The position numbers and the translations under genes were made by a program. From Pseudomonadota bacterium (GTDB lineage Bacteria; Pseudomonadota; Gammaproteobacteria; Burkholderiales; JBEEJL01), in the NCBI GenBank assembly GCA_043744215.1, contig JAYTVC010000014.1, forward strand, positions 16,932-80,931: DNA of 64,000 nucleotides, read 5' to 3'. Below, piece by piece: positions 20,606 through 30,869 of this stretch (position 1 is the stretch's first letter; each line of letters begins with the position of its first letter). Below the pieces are notes generated by a model. That model worked only from the letters and a program-made list of their open reading frames with translations, was not told the origin of the DNA and ran no database searches.

Positions 20606-23600
20606 GCAGCGCCTTGGTCGGAAAGCAAACTCGCATTGCCGCCGACCGCAGCGGTATTGATGGTCACGGTGCGCTCGGTGGCGAAGCGGAATAAGTAATG
20701 GGGGCCGCCCGCTTTCGGTCCGGTGCCCGACAATCCTTCGCCACCGAAAGGTTGCACGCCAACGACCGCACCAATCATGTTGCGGTTTACATAAAGGTTG
20801 CCGACTTTGGCTTTGGCTGAAATAAATTCAATCGTGTCGTCGATGCGGCTGTGAATGCCCAAGGTGAGACCATATTGTAACTTATTGATTTCATTTAATA
20901 TTTTAGCCATATCTTTCGATGCAAAACGAACCACATGCAACACGGGGCCGAACACTTCGCCTTCGAGTTCATCAAGACTTTTTAATTCATAAACACACGG
21001 CGCGAAAAAATTTCCGTTTGCGCAATCGGCGGGCAAAGTCATTTCGCACATCATTTTTGCCGACTGGCGCATTTTTTTCTGGTGGTTTTGCAGCATCGAC
21101 AACGCATCGGCATCAATCACCGGGCCGATGTCGGTGGTAAGTTGCGCAGGGTCGCCGATAACCAGCTCTTGCATGGCCCCTTGTAATATATGCAGCACGC
21201 GGTCGGCAATTTCCTCCTGCAAAAATAATACGCGACACGCCGAACAGCGCTGACCCGCGCTGTTGAATGCGGAGGCAATAACATCATTCACGACTTGTTC
21301 GGGCAAGGCGGAGCTATCGGCAATCATCACATTCACGCCGCCGGTTTCGGCAATGAATGGAATAATCGCGCCGCCGCGCGCGGCGAGCGAACGGTTAATC
21401 GCCTGCGCCGTTGCTGTCGAGCCGGTGAACACTACGCCATGGGTGCGCACATCATTTACCAGCGCCGCGCCGATAATTTCGCCGGGGCCGGGCAAGACAC
21501 ACAGCACAGCTTTCGGAATGCCCGCCTCGTGCAAAAGTCTTGCTACCAAGCAGGCAATCAAGGGCGTTTGTTCAGCGGGCTTGGCGATGACTGCGTTACC
21601 CGCCGCCAGTGCGGCAGCCATCTGCCCGACAAAAATCGCCAGCGGAAAATTCCATGGGCTGATGCAAACGAATACGCCGCGCCCATGCAGCGACAAGGCA
21701 TTTGATTCTCCCGTTGGGCCTTTAAGCACATCCGGTGCAGCAAAATGTTTACGTGCTTGCAACGCGTAGTAGCGGCAAAAATCCGCCGCTTCGCGCAACT
21801 CGGACAACGCATCGCCGTGCGTCTTGCCCGCCTCGCGGATGAGCAATGCCATTAACTCAGCGCGATGGGCTTCGATTAAATCGGCGGCGCGGTCAAGGTA
21901 GTCGGCGCGCGTTATGGCGGGCGTGGCGTTCCAATTCGGCGCGGCGGCGGTAGCTATGTTTAACGCCAAATCCACATCTTGTAGCGAAGCATCAACGACG
22001 CTACCGGTTTTGCGCCGCCGATCTGCCGGATCGCTCACCTCGTGCGATGAATCTTTACTCGGCTCGCCATTGATCATCGGCGCGGCGTACCAGTGTGCGC
22101 TTGCCAAAAAATTTTCCATACTTTGCTTTAATACTTTCAATTGACTAACGTCCGCAAAACTCAAGCCCGCAGAATTTTTTCGATCAGGCTGATACAAATT
22201 TTGCGGCGCAGGTATCGTCGGATGAGCAATGGTTTTCAGAGCGCGCACCGCCGCGACGGGGTCGGCGACCACTTGTTCCACCGACGTGGCTTCATCGGCA
22301 ATACGATTCACGAACGAGGTATTCGCGCCGTTCTCCAACAAACGTCGAACCAGATAAGGCAACAAATCCGCATGCACGCCAACGGGTGCATAGACGCGAC
22401 AAGTGAGCGAATTATCTTTCAGCACTTCGCCATAAAGTGATTCGCCCATGCCGTGCAAACGCTGAAACTCGAAGTCGCGGCGGGATTGCGCGAGTTCCAA
22501 TATCGAAGCAATCGTCTGCGCGTTATGGGTGGCGAATTGCGCATAAAATGCCTGCGCATCATTGAGCAATAATTTTGCGCACGCTATATACGCCACATCG
22601 GTGTTCACTTTGCGCGTGTAAACGGGATAGCCGGCGAGGCCCTGCATTTGCGCGCGCTTGATTTCTGTATCCCAATACGCGCCCTTCACCAAACGCACGG
22701 GAATGCGTTTTGCATTTTGCGTCGCGTGTTGTGCAAGCCACGCTATCACATGGGGCGCACGCTTTTGATAGGCTTGCACAGCGAGACCGAAACTGTTCCA
22801 ATCCGCCAATTGAGAATTGCTAAAAATATCAATATAAACAGATAGTTGCAAATCAAGGCGTTCAGCCTCCTCTGCATCAATGGTGATACCAATTCCTGCC
22901 TGCCGCGCTTGCTCGCACAAAGCCAACACGCGCGGCACGAGTTCGCGCATCACGCGATTTTTTTGCAGCGGCTCGAAGCGCGGATGCAGCGCAGAGAGTT
23001 TGACGGAAATGCTTGGCGCGGCAAAAATATCGGTTTTATTTTTTGAATGCTTTGCAACAACCTCAATCGCATTTGAGTAAGCAGCAAAATATTTCTCTGC
23101 GTCATCGCTTGTCAGCGCCGCTTCACCCAGCATGTCGAACGAATATCGATAACGTGCGCTATCCTTGTCCGCGCTGCGCTTTACCGCCCGCTCGATGTCG
23201 TGCCCCATGACAAATTGTTCCGCCATAATGCCCATCGCGGCACGGATGGCTTGCCGCGCGACAGGCTCGGTCAGGCGCGTAAATAATTTTTCTATTTTTG
23301 AGATTGCATCGGTCGGCGCAGGGGCCTGGTCAGACAATCTTCCCTGCAACAGCATGCCCCAGGTCGAAGCATTCACCAGCCACGAATCACTCTGGCCCAC
23401 ATGCTGCTTCCAATTGCCCTGCGAAAATTTGTCGCGAATCAACGCATCCGCCGTCGCCGCATCAGGAATGCGCAGCAGCGCCTCGGCCACGCACATCAGC
23501 AACACGCCCTCATGCGTGGATAGATCGTATTGGTGCAAAAACGATTCGATGCCGGTGATTTTGCGCCCGCGTACGGCATTTACCAAAGCCACCGCGCGCG

Positions 23601-23739
23601 CGGTAATCTGCAACGAAGTTTCAGCGTCAACCTGTGCCTGCAGGATTAATTTTTGTACGCACTCGGTTTCGTCGGCGATAAAAAACGAATTGATATCCGC
23701 CAGTACCATTTCCTCCCCGCTCCCGAATCGCGTCATCAT
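20602..23739 (-). CDS. putA: Bifunctional proline dehydrogenase / L-glutamate gamma-semialdehyde dehydrogenase PutA
   Basis: PRODH barrel plus an ALDH domain with catalytic Cys (FNSAGQRCSA). The track ORF reaches 23877 but overlaps the upstream membrane ORF; the Met pair at 23739/23736 (MMTRFGS) is more likely. Confidence 0.9.
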   Translation of the reverse strand: MMTRFGSGEEMVLADINSFFIADETECVQKLILQAQVDAETSLQITARAVALVNAVRGRKITGIESFLHQYDLSTHEGVLLMCVAEALLRIPDAATADALIRDKFSQGNWKQHVGQSDSWLVNASTWGMLLQGRLSDQAPAPTDAISKIEKLFTRLTEPVARQAIRAAMGIMAEQFVMGHDIERAVKRSADKDSARYRYSFDMLGEAALTSDDAEKYFAAYSNAIEVVAKHSKNKTDIFAAPSISVKLSALHPRFEPLQKNRVMRELVPRVLALCEQARQAGIGITIDAEEAERLDLQLSVYIDIFSNSQLADWNSFGLAVQAYQKRAPHVIAWLAQHATQNAKRIPVRLVKGAYWDTEIKRAQMQGLAGYPVYTRKVNTDVAYIACAKLLLNDAQAFYAQFATHNAQTIASILELAQSRRDFEFQRLHGMGESLYGEVLKDNSLTCRVYAPVGVHADLLPYLVRRLLENGANTSFVNRIADEATSVEQVVADPVAAVRALKTIAHPTIPAPQNLYQPDRKNSAGLSFADVSQLKVLKQSMENFLASAHWYAAPMINGEPSKDSSHEVSDPADRRRKTGSVVDASLQDVDLALNIATAAAPNWNATPAITRADYLDRAADLIEAHRAELMALLIREAGKTHGDALSELREAADFCRYYALQARKHFAAPDVLKGPTGESNALSLHGRGVFVCISPWNFPLAIFVGQMAAALAAGNAVIAKPAEQTPLIACLVARLLHEAGIPKAVLCVLPGPGEIIGAALVNDVRTHGVVFTGSTATAQAINRSLAARGGAIIPFIAETGGVNVMIADSSALPEQVVNDVIASAFNSAGQRCSACRVLFLQEEIADRVLHILQGAMQELVIGDPAQLTTDIGPVIDADALSMLQNHQKKMRQSAKMMCEMTLPADCANGNFFAPCVYELKSLDELEGEVFGPVLHVVRFASKDMAKILNEINKLQYGLTLGIHSRIDDTIEFISAKAKVGNLYVNRNMIGAVVGVQPFGGEGLSGTGPKAGGPHYLFRFATERTVTINTAAVGGNASLLSDQGAA

Positions 23740-23780
23740 CGTACTCTCGCAAGAATATGCAGCACGGGCTACATTATCAG

Positions 23781-24077
23781 TTAAGCCCCTACCATTAACG
23801 CTATCAAAAGCGTTAAGGGAAAATAGCCCAAGGCAATCAAACACCGCAACCAGGCGTTGACCTTGTGCAGCCGCCACAACCCGAATATACCCAGTAATAG
23901 GCTGATCATTGCCAGGATAAGAAAAGTCAGGAAGAAGGTATTATTTTCCGGCCCGATTCCGGTGAAAGGGAATAAGAGGTACGAAATAACAACCAAACAC
24001 AATAGCAGTACCGGCGCCGCCGCCAACCACAGGGTTAATTTTGCAGGGTTTTCGGTTTTATTTTTTACTGTGCTCAA
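23781..24077 (-). CDS. Small hypothetical membrane protein (3 predicted TM helices)
   Basis: 98 aa and strongly hydrophobic. It lies between trx and putA on the same strand. Confidence 0.45.
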   Translation of the reverse strand: MSTVKNKTENPAKLTLWLAAAPVLLLCLVVISYLLFPFTGIGPENNTFFLTFLILAMISLLLGIFGLWRLHKVNAWLRCLIALGYFPLTLLIALMVGA

Positions 24078-24089
24078 GGCGGCTGCCTT

Positions 24090-24449
24090 TCAGGTTTCTT
24101 CCACCGCCTGCTTGCGCACTTCTTCCATATTCACTTCAGCGACCTTGGTAATCAACTCTTCCAATTGGCCGCCCGCCATAGCGCCGGGCTGTGCGAACAA
24201 AATAATTTTTTCGCGGAACACCATCATGGTCGGGATCGAGCGGATCTGGAAATGCCCGGCGAGCTCCTGCTCTTCGTCCGTGTTGATTTTGGCGAACACG
24301 GCATTAGGATGTTTTTCCGACGCCTGTTCGAAAATCGGCGCAAAGCCAACGCAGGGGCCGCACCACGGCGCCCAGAAATCGACTATCACCGTGTCGTTTT
24401 TGCTCACGACATCGTCAAAATTTTCTTTGGTTAATTCTATCGTTGCCAT
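24090..24449 (-). CDS. Thioredoxin
   Basis: WCGPC active site. ATG at 24449 is preceded by AAGGAG (MATIELTKENF). The track ORF extends to 24518. Confidence 0.9.
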   Translation of the reverse strand: MATIELTKENFDDVVSKNDTVIVDFWAPWCGPCVGFAPIFEQASEKHPNAVFAKINTDEEQELAGHFQIRSIPTMMVFREKIILFAQPGAMAGGQLEELITKVAEVNMEEVRKQAVEET

Positions 24450-24477
24450 TTCAACTCCTTGTAAAAAAACAAATCTG

Positions 24478-25089
24478 TTATGCGTTCGTCTTGATCGGTG
24501 TTGCCCAGCTATTTTCAAAAAAGCGCGACTCTATCGGTTTACGCGCGCGCGGTGCCAATTCGCGCGTTTGGTAATCGCCATCAAGAATATCCGCGTCGGC
24601 TTGATAACCAACGGCAATCATCGCCATCGGTGTGAATTGTTCCGGAATGGAAAAAGCCGTGCGCAATTTTTCCGCGTCGAAGCCGCCCATCTGGTGCGAC
24701 ACCAAACCTTCCGTTTCGGCTTGCAATACGAGGGCCATGCTCGCGGCGCCGGTGTCGTGTTGTGCCCAGCGGTTGGGCTGGTTGTTGTGGTCGAATAATG
24801 TGTTGGCGATGGATGCGATGAGCACTGGCGAATTTTTAACCCACGCTTGATTCGGTGCGCCGAGGCAGGCGAAGGCTTGTTGCCATGCGGCCTGATCTGC
24901 ATGTTTGTCCCATACGATGTAACGCCACGGTTCATCGCCGAAGCACGAAGGCGCCCAGCGTGCTGCTTCCAGCATGGCGATAATTTTTTCGCGGCTGACT
25001 TTTTTATTGGCGTCGAAAGCGCGGGGGCTCCAGCGTTTGGCGAGCAGGTCGTGTATGGGTTGAAGGGTTACGGCAGATTTGGTTTGCAT
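24478..25089 (-). CDS. Nitroreductase-family protein
   Basis: 203 aa. LAKRWSPRAFD...ILEAARWAPS is typical of the NADH/FMN nitroreductase fold. Confidence 0.75.
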   Translation of the reverse strand: MQTKSAVTLQPIHDLLAKRWSPRAFDANKKVSREKIIAMLEAARWAPSCFGDEPWRYIVWDKHADQAAWQQAFACLGAPNQAWVKNSPVLIASIANTLFDHNNQPNRWAQHDTGAASMALVLQAETEGLVSHQMGGFDAEKLRTAFSIPEQFTPMAMIAVGYQADADILDGDYQTRELAPRARKPIESRFFENSWATPIKTNA

Positions 25090-25118
25090 GTTTTTCCTTG
25101 ACTATTTATTGAAATAAT

Positions 25119-25562
25119 TCAGTTACGAACCACCAGCACCGCGCCGGCAATCAGCATCAATACGCCGATGAATCTTAACAGGCTGATTGGTTGTAGCGGA
25201 TACCCGAGCAACCCGAATTGGTCGAGCACCATCGACGCGCACAATTGCCCGCAAATAATCAGCGCAAAATACGTCGTGGCGCCAAGTTTTGGGCCGAGCA
25301 GGATGGAACCCACCACATAAATCGCGCCGAGAAATCCACCTAGCCACGACCACAGTGATGGCGTGGCGACGGCCGCTGCACTGGGAATGGGAATGCGCAT
25401 CAGCACACCGACGACAACCAACGCGACCAGGCCCACCGCAAAATTCGCCAGCGCGCCCCATAACGGATGCCCAAGTGCATTGCGGATGCCGGAGTTCATG
25501 GCGATTTGTATGGGCAGGCCGATACCGACGACGAAGGCGGCGAGGACGGTGAAGAAGTTCAT
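25119..25562 (-). CDS. DMT-superfamily membrane protein (YdcZ/DUF606-like)
   Basis: 147 aa with 4-5 TM helices. The N-terminus LPIQIAMNSGIRNALGHPLWGALANF resembles DUF606. Its stop lies in a degenerate copy of the AT-rich motif (25102-25126). Confidence 0.6.
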   Translation of the reverse strand: MNFFTVLAAFVVGIGLPIQIAMNSGIRNALGHPLWGALANFAVGLVALVVVGVLMRIPIPSAAAVATPSLWSWLGGFLGAIYVVGSILLGPKLGATTYFALIICGQLCASMVLDQFGLLGYPLQPISLLRFIGVLMLIAGAVLVVRN

Positions 25563-25628
25563 GGGATTCCTTGTGGAAAATTGAATGGAGGCGGGGTGAA
25601 TTTCAGGAAATGAATGGCTTGCAGTTTA

Positions 25629-25667
25629 CCCCATCCCCACCCTGACCCTGGCCTTGAAGGCGAGGGG
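25629..25667. repeat. REP-like repeat family E
   Basis: CCCCATCCCCACCCTGACCCTGGCCTTGAAGGCGAGGGG. The related copy CCCATCCCCACCCTGGCCCTCCCCTTGAAAGGGAGGG is at 49020-49056. Confidence 0.6.
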
Positions 25668-25710
25668 ATTTTCTCTTTTCAATTAATCCCACCGGCAAAT
25701 ATTAATGCCA

Positions 25711-26409
25711 TCACGCCATATCAAACAACAAAAACTCCGCGTGATTTTTTGTGCTTAAGCTCAGCCATTTTTCATCGTGAATTTTTGCGCCGTCGCCAGC
25801 GTTCAATACTTGTCCATTCACTTCCATACTGCCACGCGCGACGTGAATATAGGCGACACGGCCATTTTCGATGCTTTTCGTAAGTATTTGATTATTATCA
25901 ATAATTGAGGCGTATATCGACGCATCCTGAAATATTTTTGCCGAGCCTTCACGCGCATCGAACGATGCAATCAAACGTAATTGCCCGCGCTTTTCGTCAT
26001 CGCTGAATGGCTTTTCTTCGTAGCCGGGTTGGATGCCGGTGAACTTGGGCATCAGCCAGATTTGCAGCAAATGCACTTGCTCGGTTTGCGAGGCATTAAA
26101 TTCGCTGTGGGTCACGCCCGTGCCCGCGCTCATGCGTTGCACATTGCCCGGTTTGATGACCGAGCCGTTGCCCATGCTGTCTTTGTGTTGCAACGCGCCT
26201 TCCAACACATAGGTGATGATTTCCATATCGCGATGGCCGTGGGTGCCAAAGCCCATGCCGGGCGCGACGTAATCTTCGTTGATCACGCGCAACGAGCCGA
26301 AGCCCATTTCTTGCGGGTCGTAATATTCGGCGAATGAAAAAGAGTGGGAAGTTTTCAGCCAGCCGTGATCGAATTGGCCTCGGTCGGTGCTTTTGCGTAG
26401 GGTAATCAT
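25711..26409 (-). CDS. Pirin-family protein
   Basis: 232 aa with a bicupin fold. The metal-site region is GFGTHGHRDMEIITYVLEG. Confidence 0.85.
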   Translation of the reverse strand: MITLRKSTDRGQFDHGWLKTSHSFSFAEYYDPQEMGFGSLRVINEDYVAPGMGFGTHGHRDMEIITYVLEGALQHKDSMGNGSVIKPGNVQRMSAGTGVTHSEFNASQTEQVHLLQIWLMPKFTGIQPGYEEKPFSDDEKRGQLRLIASFDAREGSAKIFQDASIYASIIDNNQILTKSIENGRVAYIHVARGSMEVNGQVLNAGDGAKIHDEKWLSLSTKNHAEFLLFDMA

Positions 26410-26447
26410 GGGAATGCGCTTTCGAAAAAAACAAAATTTAATTTCAG

Positions 26448-26531
26448 CAGGATGGGCAAAGCGATAACCTGCCCATCATGATTTCAAGCGATGGGCACGT
26501 CCACGAAGTGCATGGACTTTGCCCATCCTAC
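26448..26531. repeat. Inverted REP pair, family C (GTAG + GATGGGCA...TGCCCATC)
   Basis: CAGGATGGGCAAAGCGATAACCTGCCCATC and GATGGGCACGTCC...GACTTTGCCCATCCTAC. A related copy is at 49083-49113. Confidence 0.65.
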
Positions 26532-26537
26532 CCATCT

Positions 26538-29500
26538 CTATTTCCTTAACGGTTGCAACTCTGGCAACGCAGCTTCATCTTCTTCATGCCGCTGACGCTT
26601 GCCCACCAAAATGGTGTAAGCCGTCGGAATCACAAACAGCGTAAGGAACGTGCCCAGCAGCAATCCGCCCACAATCACCCAGCCTATTGGCCGGCGGCTT
26701 TCGGCACCGGCACCAGTGGCGATGGCGAGGGGCACGGCACCCAATACCATCGCCGCTGTGGTCATCAAAATCGGGCGCAATCTCAATGTAGCGGCTTCGA
26801 TGACGGCTTCGGTTTTTTCCATGCCTTTGTCGCGCAACTGGTTGGCGAATTCCACAATCAAAATGCCGTGCTTGGTAATGAGGCCGATCAGCATAACGAG
26901 GCCGATCTGGCTGTAGGTATTGAGCGTCGCGCCAGTAAATTTTAGCGCGAGCAATGCGCCCGTCATAGCCAAGGGCACGGTTAACAGAATGATGAATGGC
27001 GAGACGAAACTTTCAAATTGCGCGGCGAGCACGAGATAAATAAATAACAGCGCGAGCACAAAGGTTAAATAAAGCGTCGCGCCCGATTCGCGGAACTCGC
27101 GCGAGGTGCCATCGAGAGATGTTTGCGCGCTTTTGCCGAGCACTTCTTCGGCGGCCTGATCCATAAAAGTCAACGCTTCACCCAAGGTGGCGCCGGGCGC
27201 GATGTTGGCTTGAATAATGGCGGCGCGCAGGCGGTTGAAGTGGTTGAGTTCTTTCGGTGCAACCGTTTCGCGCACGCTGACCAGATTGGACAACTGCACC
27301 AACTTGCCGTCTTTGGCTCGTACATAAATCGATGTGAGATCGGTGGGATCGCGCCGGTCTTTGTCTTCGAGCTGTAAAATCACATCGTATTGTTTGCCTT
27401 CTTTTTTGAAGCGCGTCACTTGACGGCCGCCCAATAAGGTTTCCAGCGTGCGCCCTACCGTATCCACTTCTGCGCCGACGTCGGCTGCTTTGTCGCGATT
27501 CAAATCCACCAATAATTGCGGCTTGTTAAGTTTGAGGTCGGAATCGACGTTCACCAATACTTTTGACGCTCGGGCCTTGGCCATAATTTTTTCCACCGCC
27601 GTATCCAGTTCCTCATAAGTGTTCGCCTGCACAACGAACTGCACAGGAGGATTACGAAAGCTCTGGCCCAACGAGGGCGGGCTAATGGGAAACGCCAACA
27701 CACCGGGCAGCCCCATCATCTTCGGCGCGACACTCCCTATTACCGCTGCTTGCGGCTTGCGCTGGTCCCACGGCTTGAGCGATACAAATGCAAACGCCAG
27801 ATTGACCGGATTGGGCCGTTCAAGTCCGGGAGCCACGACAACAAAATAGGTGTTGATTTCCGGCACGTCTTTGTAAATGCTTTCCAGCGCCCGTGCATAG
27901 GTGTCGGTATATTTCATGGTGGAGCCGTCAGGGGCCAGCATCATGCCAAGAAAAAATCCGCGGTCTTCGGTGGGCGCAAGTTCGGATTTCAGTTGCTGGA
28001 ACGCCCACACCATAGTGCCCGCAACACAAATAAACACGAGGCCGACCACCCAGCGGTGACGAAGCGCGCGCGTGAGCAGCGAACGGTAGGCATTGTTCAT
28101 GGCATGAAAAAATTTCTCCGTCGCATTAAACAACGCGCCGTGCTTAGCCTGGTGTTTGAGCAGTTTGGAACACATCATCGGCGTTAATGTAAGGGCCACG
28201 AATCCCGACACTAAAACCGCCGCAGCGACGGTTAGCGCAAACTCCGTGAACAAGCGCCCCGTGTTGCCGGTCATGAATGCCAGTGGTGTGAACACGGCGG
28301 CCAATGTAATCGTCATCGCCATCACGGCAAAGGCGATTTCCTTTGAGCCAACGATGGAGGCTTTGTAGGGCGACATGCCCTCTTCGATGTGGCGATGAAT
28401 GTTTTCCAGCACGACAATGGCGTCATCCACCACCAAACCAATCGCTAACACGACGCCCAATAGCGTGAGAATGTTGATGGAAAATCCCAACGCATAAAGA
28501 AAAATAAATGAGCCGATCAATGAAACCGGTATCGTCACAAACGGAATCAGCGTGGCGCGGAACGAGCGCAGGAACAAAAATATTACCAGCACCACCAGCA
28601 CCACCGCCTCGGCCATCGTGGTGTAAACGGCCTTGATGGATTGTTCAATAAAAACGGAGCTGTCGTAGGCTACCTGTAATTTCATACCCTCAGGCAATGC
28701 GGAGGCGATGCGCGGCAACTGGGCCTTGACACCCTGAATCACCGACAACGTATTCGCCGTGGATTGCTTGACGACGCCAAGACCCACCGCGTCGTTGCCG
28801 TTTACGCGCACGATATTGCGCTCGTCTGCCGCGCCCACTTCGGCGCGGCCGATGTCTTTGAGCCGAACGGGATATCCGCGCACTTCGGCAATGATCAGCT
28901 CGTTGAATTGTTCCGGTGAACGCAAATCCGTTTCCGTGAGCACGGTGAATTCCCGTTGCGAAGACTCAATACGACCCGATGGCACTTCGATATTTTGCCG
29001 TCGCAGCGCGGCTTCGATGTCCTGCGGCGTAAGCGCATAGGCGGCGAGACGATCGCGGTCTAGCCATAAACGCATGGCGTATTGGCGCCCGCCGGCGACG
29101 ATCACGCTTGCCACGCCGGGCAAAGATTTAATGCTGTCGGCAACGTAGCGATCAGCGTAATCGGTGATGTCCAGCGCCGAATGTCGATCGCTGGAAAACG
29201 CGATCCACACCACGGCTTGTGCGTCCGCTTCTATTTTGGCGACGGTAGATTCATCGGCCGCTTCGGGCAAGCGTGCGCGCACCCGTGCTACGCGGTCGCG
29301 CACGTCGTTGGCCGACACGTCGACGTTGCGATCCAACGTAAATTCGATGGTGATCTGGCTGACTTCTTCACGGCTCACCGATTTGATGGTGCGCAAACCT
29401 TCGATGCCGGAGAGGGAATCCTCCAGTGGTTGCGTGATCTGGCTTTCAATCACCTGCGCCGACGCACCTTTGTACACGGTGCGCACCGACACAATCGGCG

Positions 29501-29624
29501 CATCAATTTTCGGATACTCACGAATGGATAATCGCTGAAACGCAATCACACCGAGCAGGATGATGGTCAGGCTCATCACCGTGGCAAGCACTGGGCGCTT
29601 GATGGAGAGTTCGGGGAGGAACAT
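26538..29624 (-). CDS. RND efflux transporter permease (AcrB/MdtB-like)
   Basis: 1028 aa with 12-TM RND architecture. N-terminus MFLPELSIKRPVLATVMSL. Confidence 0.9.
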   Translation of the reverse strand: MFLPELSIKRPVLATVMSLTIILLGVIAFQRLSIREYPKIDAPIVSVRTVYKGASAQVIESQITQPLEDSLSGIEGLRTIKSVSREEVSQITIEFTLDRNVDVSANDVRDRVARVRARLPEAADESTVAKIEADAQAVVWIAFSSDRHSALDITDYADRYVADSIKSLPGVASVIVAGGRQYAMRLWLDRDRLAAYALTPQDIEAALRRQNIEVPSGRIESSQREFTVLTETDLRSPEQFNELIIAEVRGYPVRLKDIGRAEVGAADERNIVRVNGNDAVGLGVVKQSTANTLSVIQGVKAQLPRIASALPEGMKLQVAYDSSVFIEQSIKAVYTTMAEAVVLVVLVIFLFLRSFRATLIPFVTIPVSLIGSFIFLYALGFSINILTLLGVVLAIGLVVDDAIVVLENIHRHIEEGMSPYKASIVGSKEIAFAVMAMTITLAAVFTPLAFMTGNTGRLFTEFALTVAAAVLVSGFVALTLTPMMCSKLLKHQAKHGALFNATEKFFHAMNNAYRSLLTRALRHRWVVGLVFICVAGTMVWAFQQLKSELAPTEDRGFFLGMMLAPDGSTMKYTDTYARALESIYKDVPEINTYFVVVAPGLERPNPVNLAFAFVSLKPWDQRKPQAAVIGSVAPKMMGLPGVLAFPISPPSLGQSFRNPPVQFVVQANTYEELDTAVEKIMAKARASKVLVNVDSDLKLNKPQLLVDLNRDKAADVGAEVDTVGRTLETLLGGRQVTRFKKEGKQYDVILQLEDKDRRDPTDLTSIYVRAKDGKLVQLSNLVSVRETVAPKELNHFNRLRAAIIQANIAPGATLGEALTFMDQAAEEVLGKSAQTSLDGTSREFRESGATLYLTFVLALLFIYLVLAAQFESFVSPFIILLTVPLAMTGALLALKFTGATLNTYSQIGLVMLIGLITKHGILIVEFANQLRDKGMEKTEAVIEAATLRLRPILMTTAAMVLGAVPLAIATGAGAESRRPIGWVIVGGLLLGTFLTLFVIPTAYTILVGKRQRHEEDEAALPELQPLRK

Positions 29625-29632
29625 TTATTTAA

Positions 29633-30763
29633 TCAGCCTTTGGTTGGCGCGGTGTTCACGGGGGCAATCGGTTTCGCAGGATCGACATTTTGCGCGGGCT
29701 TCGGTGCTTCTGCGGGCGGCCCCACCTGTACCAACCCATCCGGTTGTAATTTCATCTGGCCGTCGGTGACGACAACATCGGTCGCCGCGAGGCCGGAAAT
29801 AATTTCCACCTCGCCGCCGCTGCGTTTGCCGGTTTCAACTTTGCTGAGTTTGGCTTTGCCTTCTACGATGCGATAAACAAAACTATCTTTGCCTTTGGGG
29901 ATGATGGCCTGCTCGGGAATCAGCATCGCATTGGCTTTGGCGTCGAGTTGTAAACTCACGCGTGCGAACATGCCGGGACGCAGTTTGCCGCCGGGGTTGG
30001 TGACTTTGGCGCGGACCAGAATGGTGCGCGTCTGTTCGTCCACAGCGGGCTCGATGGCGTAAATGTTCCCTGTGTAATTTCCCTGCGGAAACGCATCGAC
30101 TTTCATGCTCACCGGCTGATTGTGCGCAACTTTGGCAAGAAATACTTCGGGCACGCGAAAATCCAGTTTCATCACGTCGATGTTATCGAGCCGCACGATT
30201 TCTGTGCCCGGCTGCACATAGGCGCCGGAACTGACTTTGCGCAAACCCACCACGCCGGAGAACGGCGCGCGAATAATGGTTTTAGTCAGCCGCGCTTCGT
30301 CTTCCGCCTGTTTGGCGGCGGCGCGGGCACGGTTGCTGCGCGCTTCATCCAGCGCTTGCTGGCTGATGAAACCCTGATTGAATAAATCCTGCGCGCGATC
30401 CATGCGCTGTTTGTTGAGCATGGCGTCCGCGCTGCTGCCCGCCACTTGCGCCTGAAATTCCGCAGCCTCAAGCGTGACCAGTTTCGCTTTCGCGGCGATG
30501 GCCTGGCCCTCGGCGAAATGGATGCCGGTAATGCGCCCGGCAATTTCGGGGCGGATAATCACCGACTCATTGGCGAGCAGCGAGCCGACGGCTGATATAT
30601 CGTTGGTTACGGTGGCTAATTTTACTGGCGCGGCTTTGACCGATGTGGGACGCGGGGGCCCACCCGGCGCTTGTGCGAAAACATGCAAGGAAGCGCACAA
30701 GCACACCCATGTAAACGCGACGCTGATTTTATTGCGTGAAATCAATAGAGGCATAAAATGCAT
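29633..30763 (-). CDS. RND efflux periplasmic adaptor (membrane fusion protein)
   Basis: HlyD/AcrA-like lipoyl, hairpin and beta-barrel layout. The start is uncertain: the track gives TTG 30808, and I prefer ATG 30763 before a signal-like segment. Confidence 0.85.
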   Translation of the reverse strand: MHFMPLLISRNKISVAFTWVCLCASLHVFAQAPGGPPRPTSVKAAPVKLATVTNDISAVGSLLANESVIIRPEIAGRITGIHFAEGQAIAAKAKLVTLEAAEFQAQVAGSSADAMLNKQRMDRAQDLFNQGFISQQALDEARSNRARAAAKQAEDEARLTKTIIRAPFSGVVGLRKVSSGAYVQPGTEIVRLDNIDVMKLDFRVPEVFLAKVAHNQPVSMKVDAFPQGNYTGNIYAIEPAVDEQTRTILVRAKVTNPGGKLRPGMFARVSLQLDAKANAMLIPEQAIIPKGKDSFVYRIVEGKAKLSKVETGKRSGGEVEIISGLAATDVVVTDGQMKLQPDGLVQVGPPAEAPKPAQNVDPAKPIAPVNTAPTKG

Positions 30764-30869
30764 GAGAGTTGGATTACCTGAAACTTCGTAAGTTCGGTTC
30801 GGCGGCAAAGCAGTCGCCGGTTTTTATTGCACGGATTCATTATAGCCCTCGCTTGATTCGATTTGTCCC

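Noticed and set aside
23857-24798. Long ORFs antisense to well-supported genes: 23857-24798(+), 33100-33987(-), 31889-32794(-), 47834-48769(+), 50990-51796(+), 36506-37099(-), 38681-39289(-) and many shorter ones.
   Set aside because: They lie opposite genes with strong family signatures, and their translations are Arg/Ala/Gly/His-rich low-complexity strings. This is typical of the open antisense frames of GC-rich coding DNA. None has a recognisable motif or RBS.
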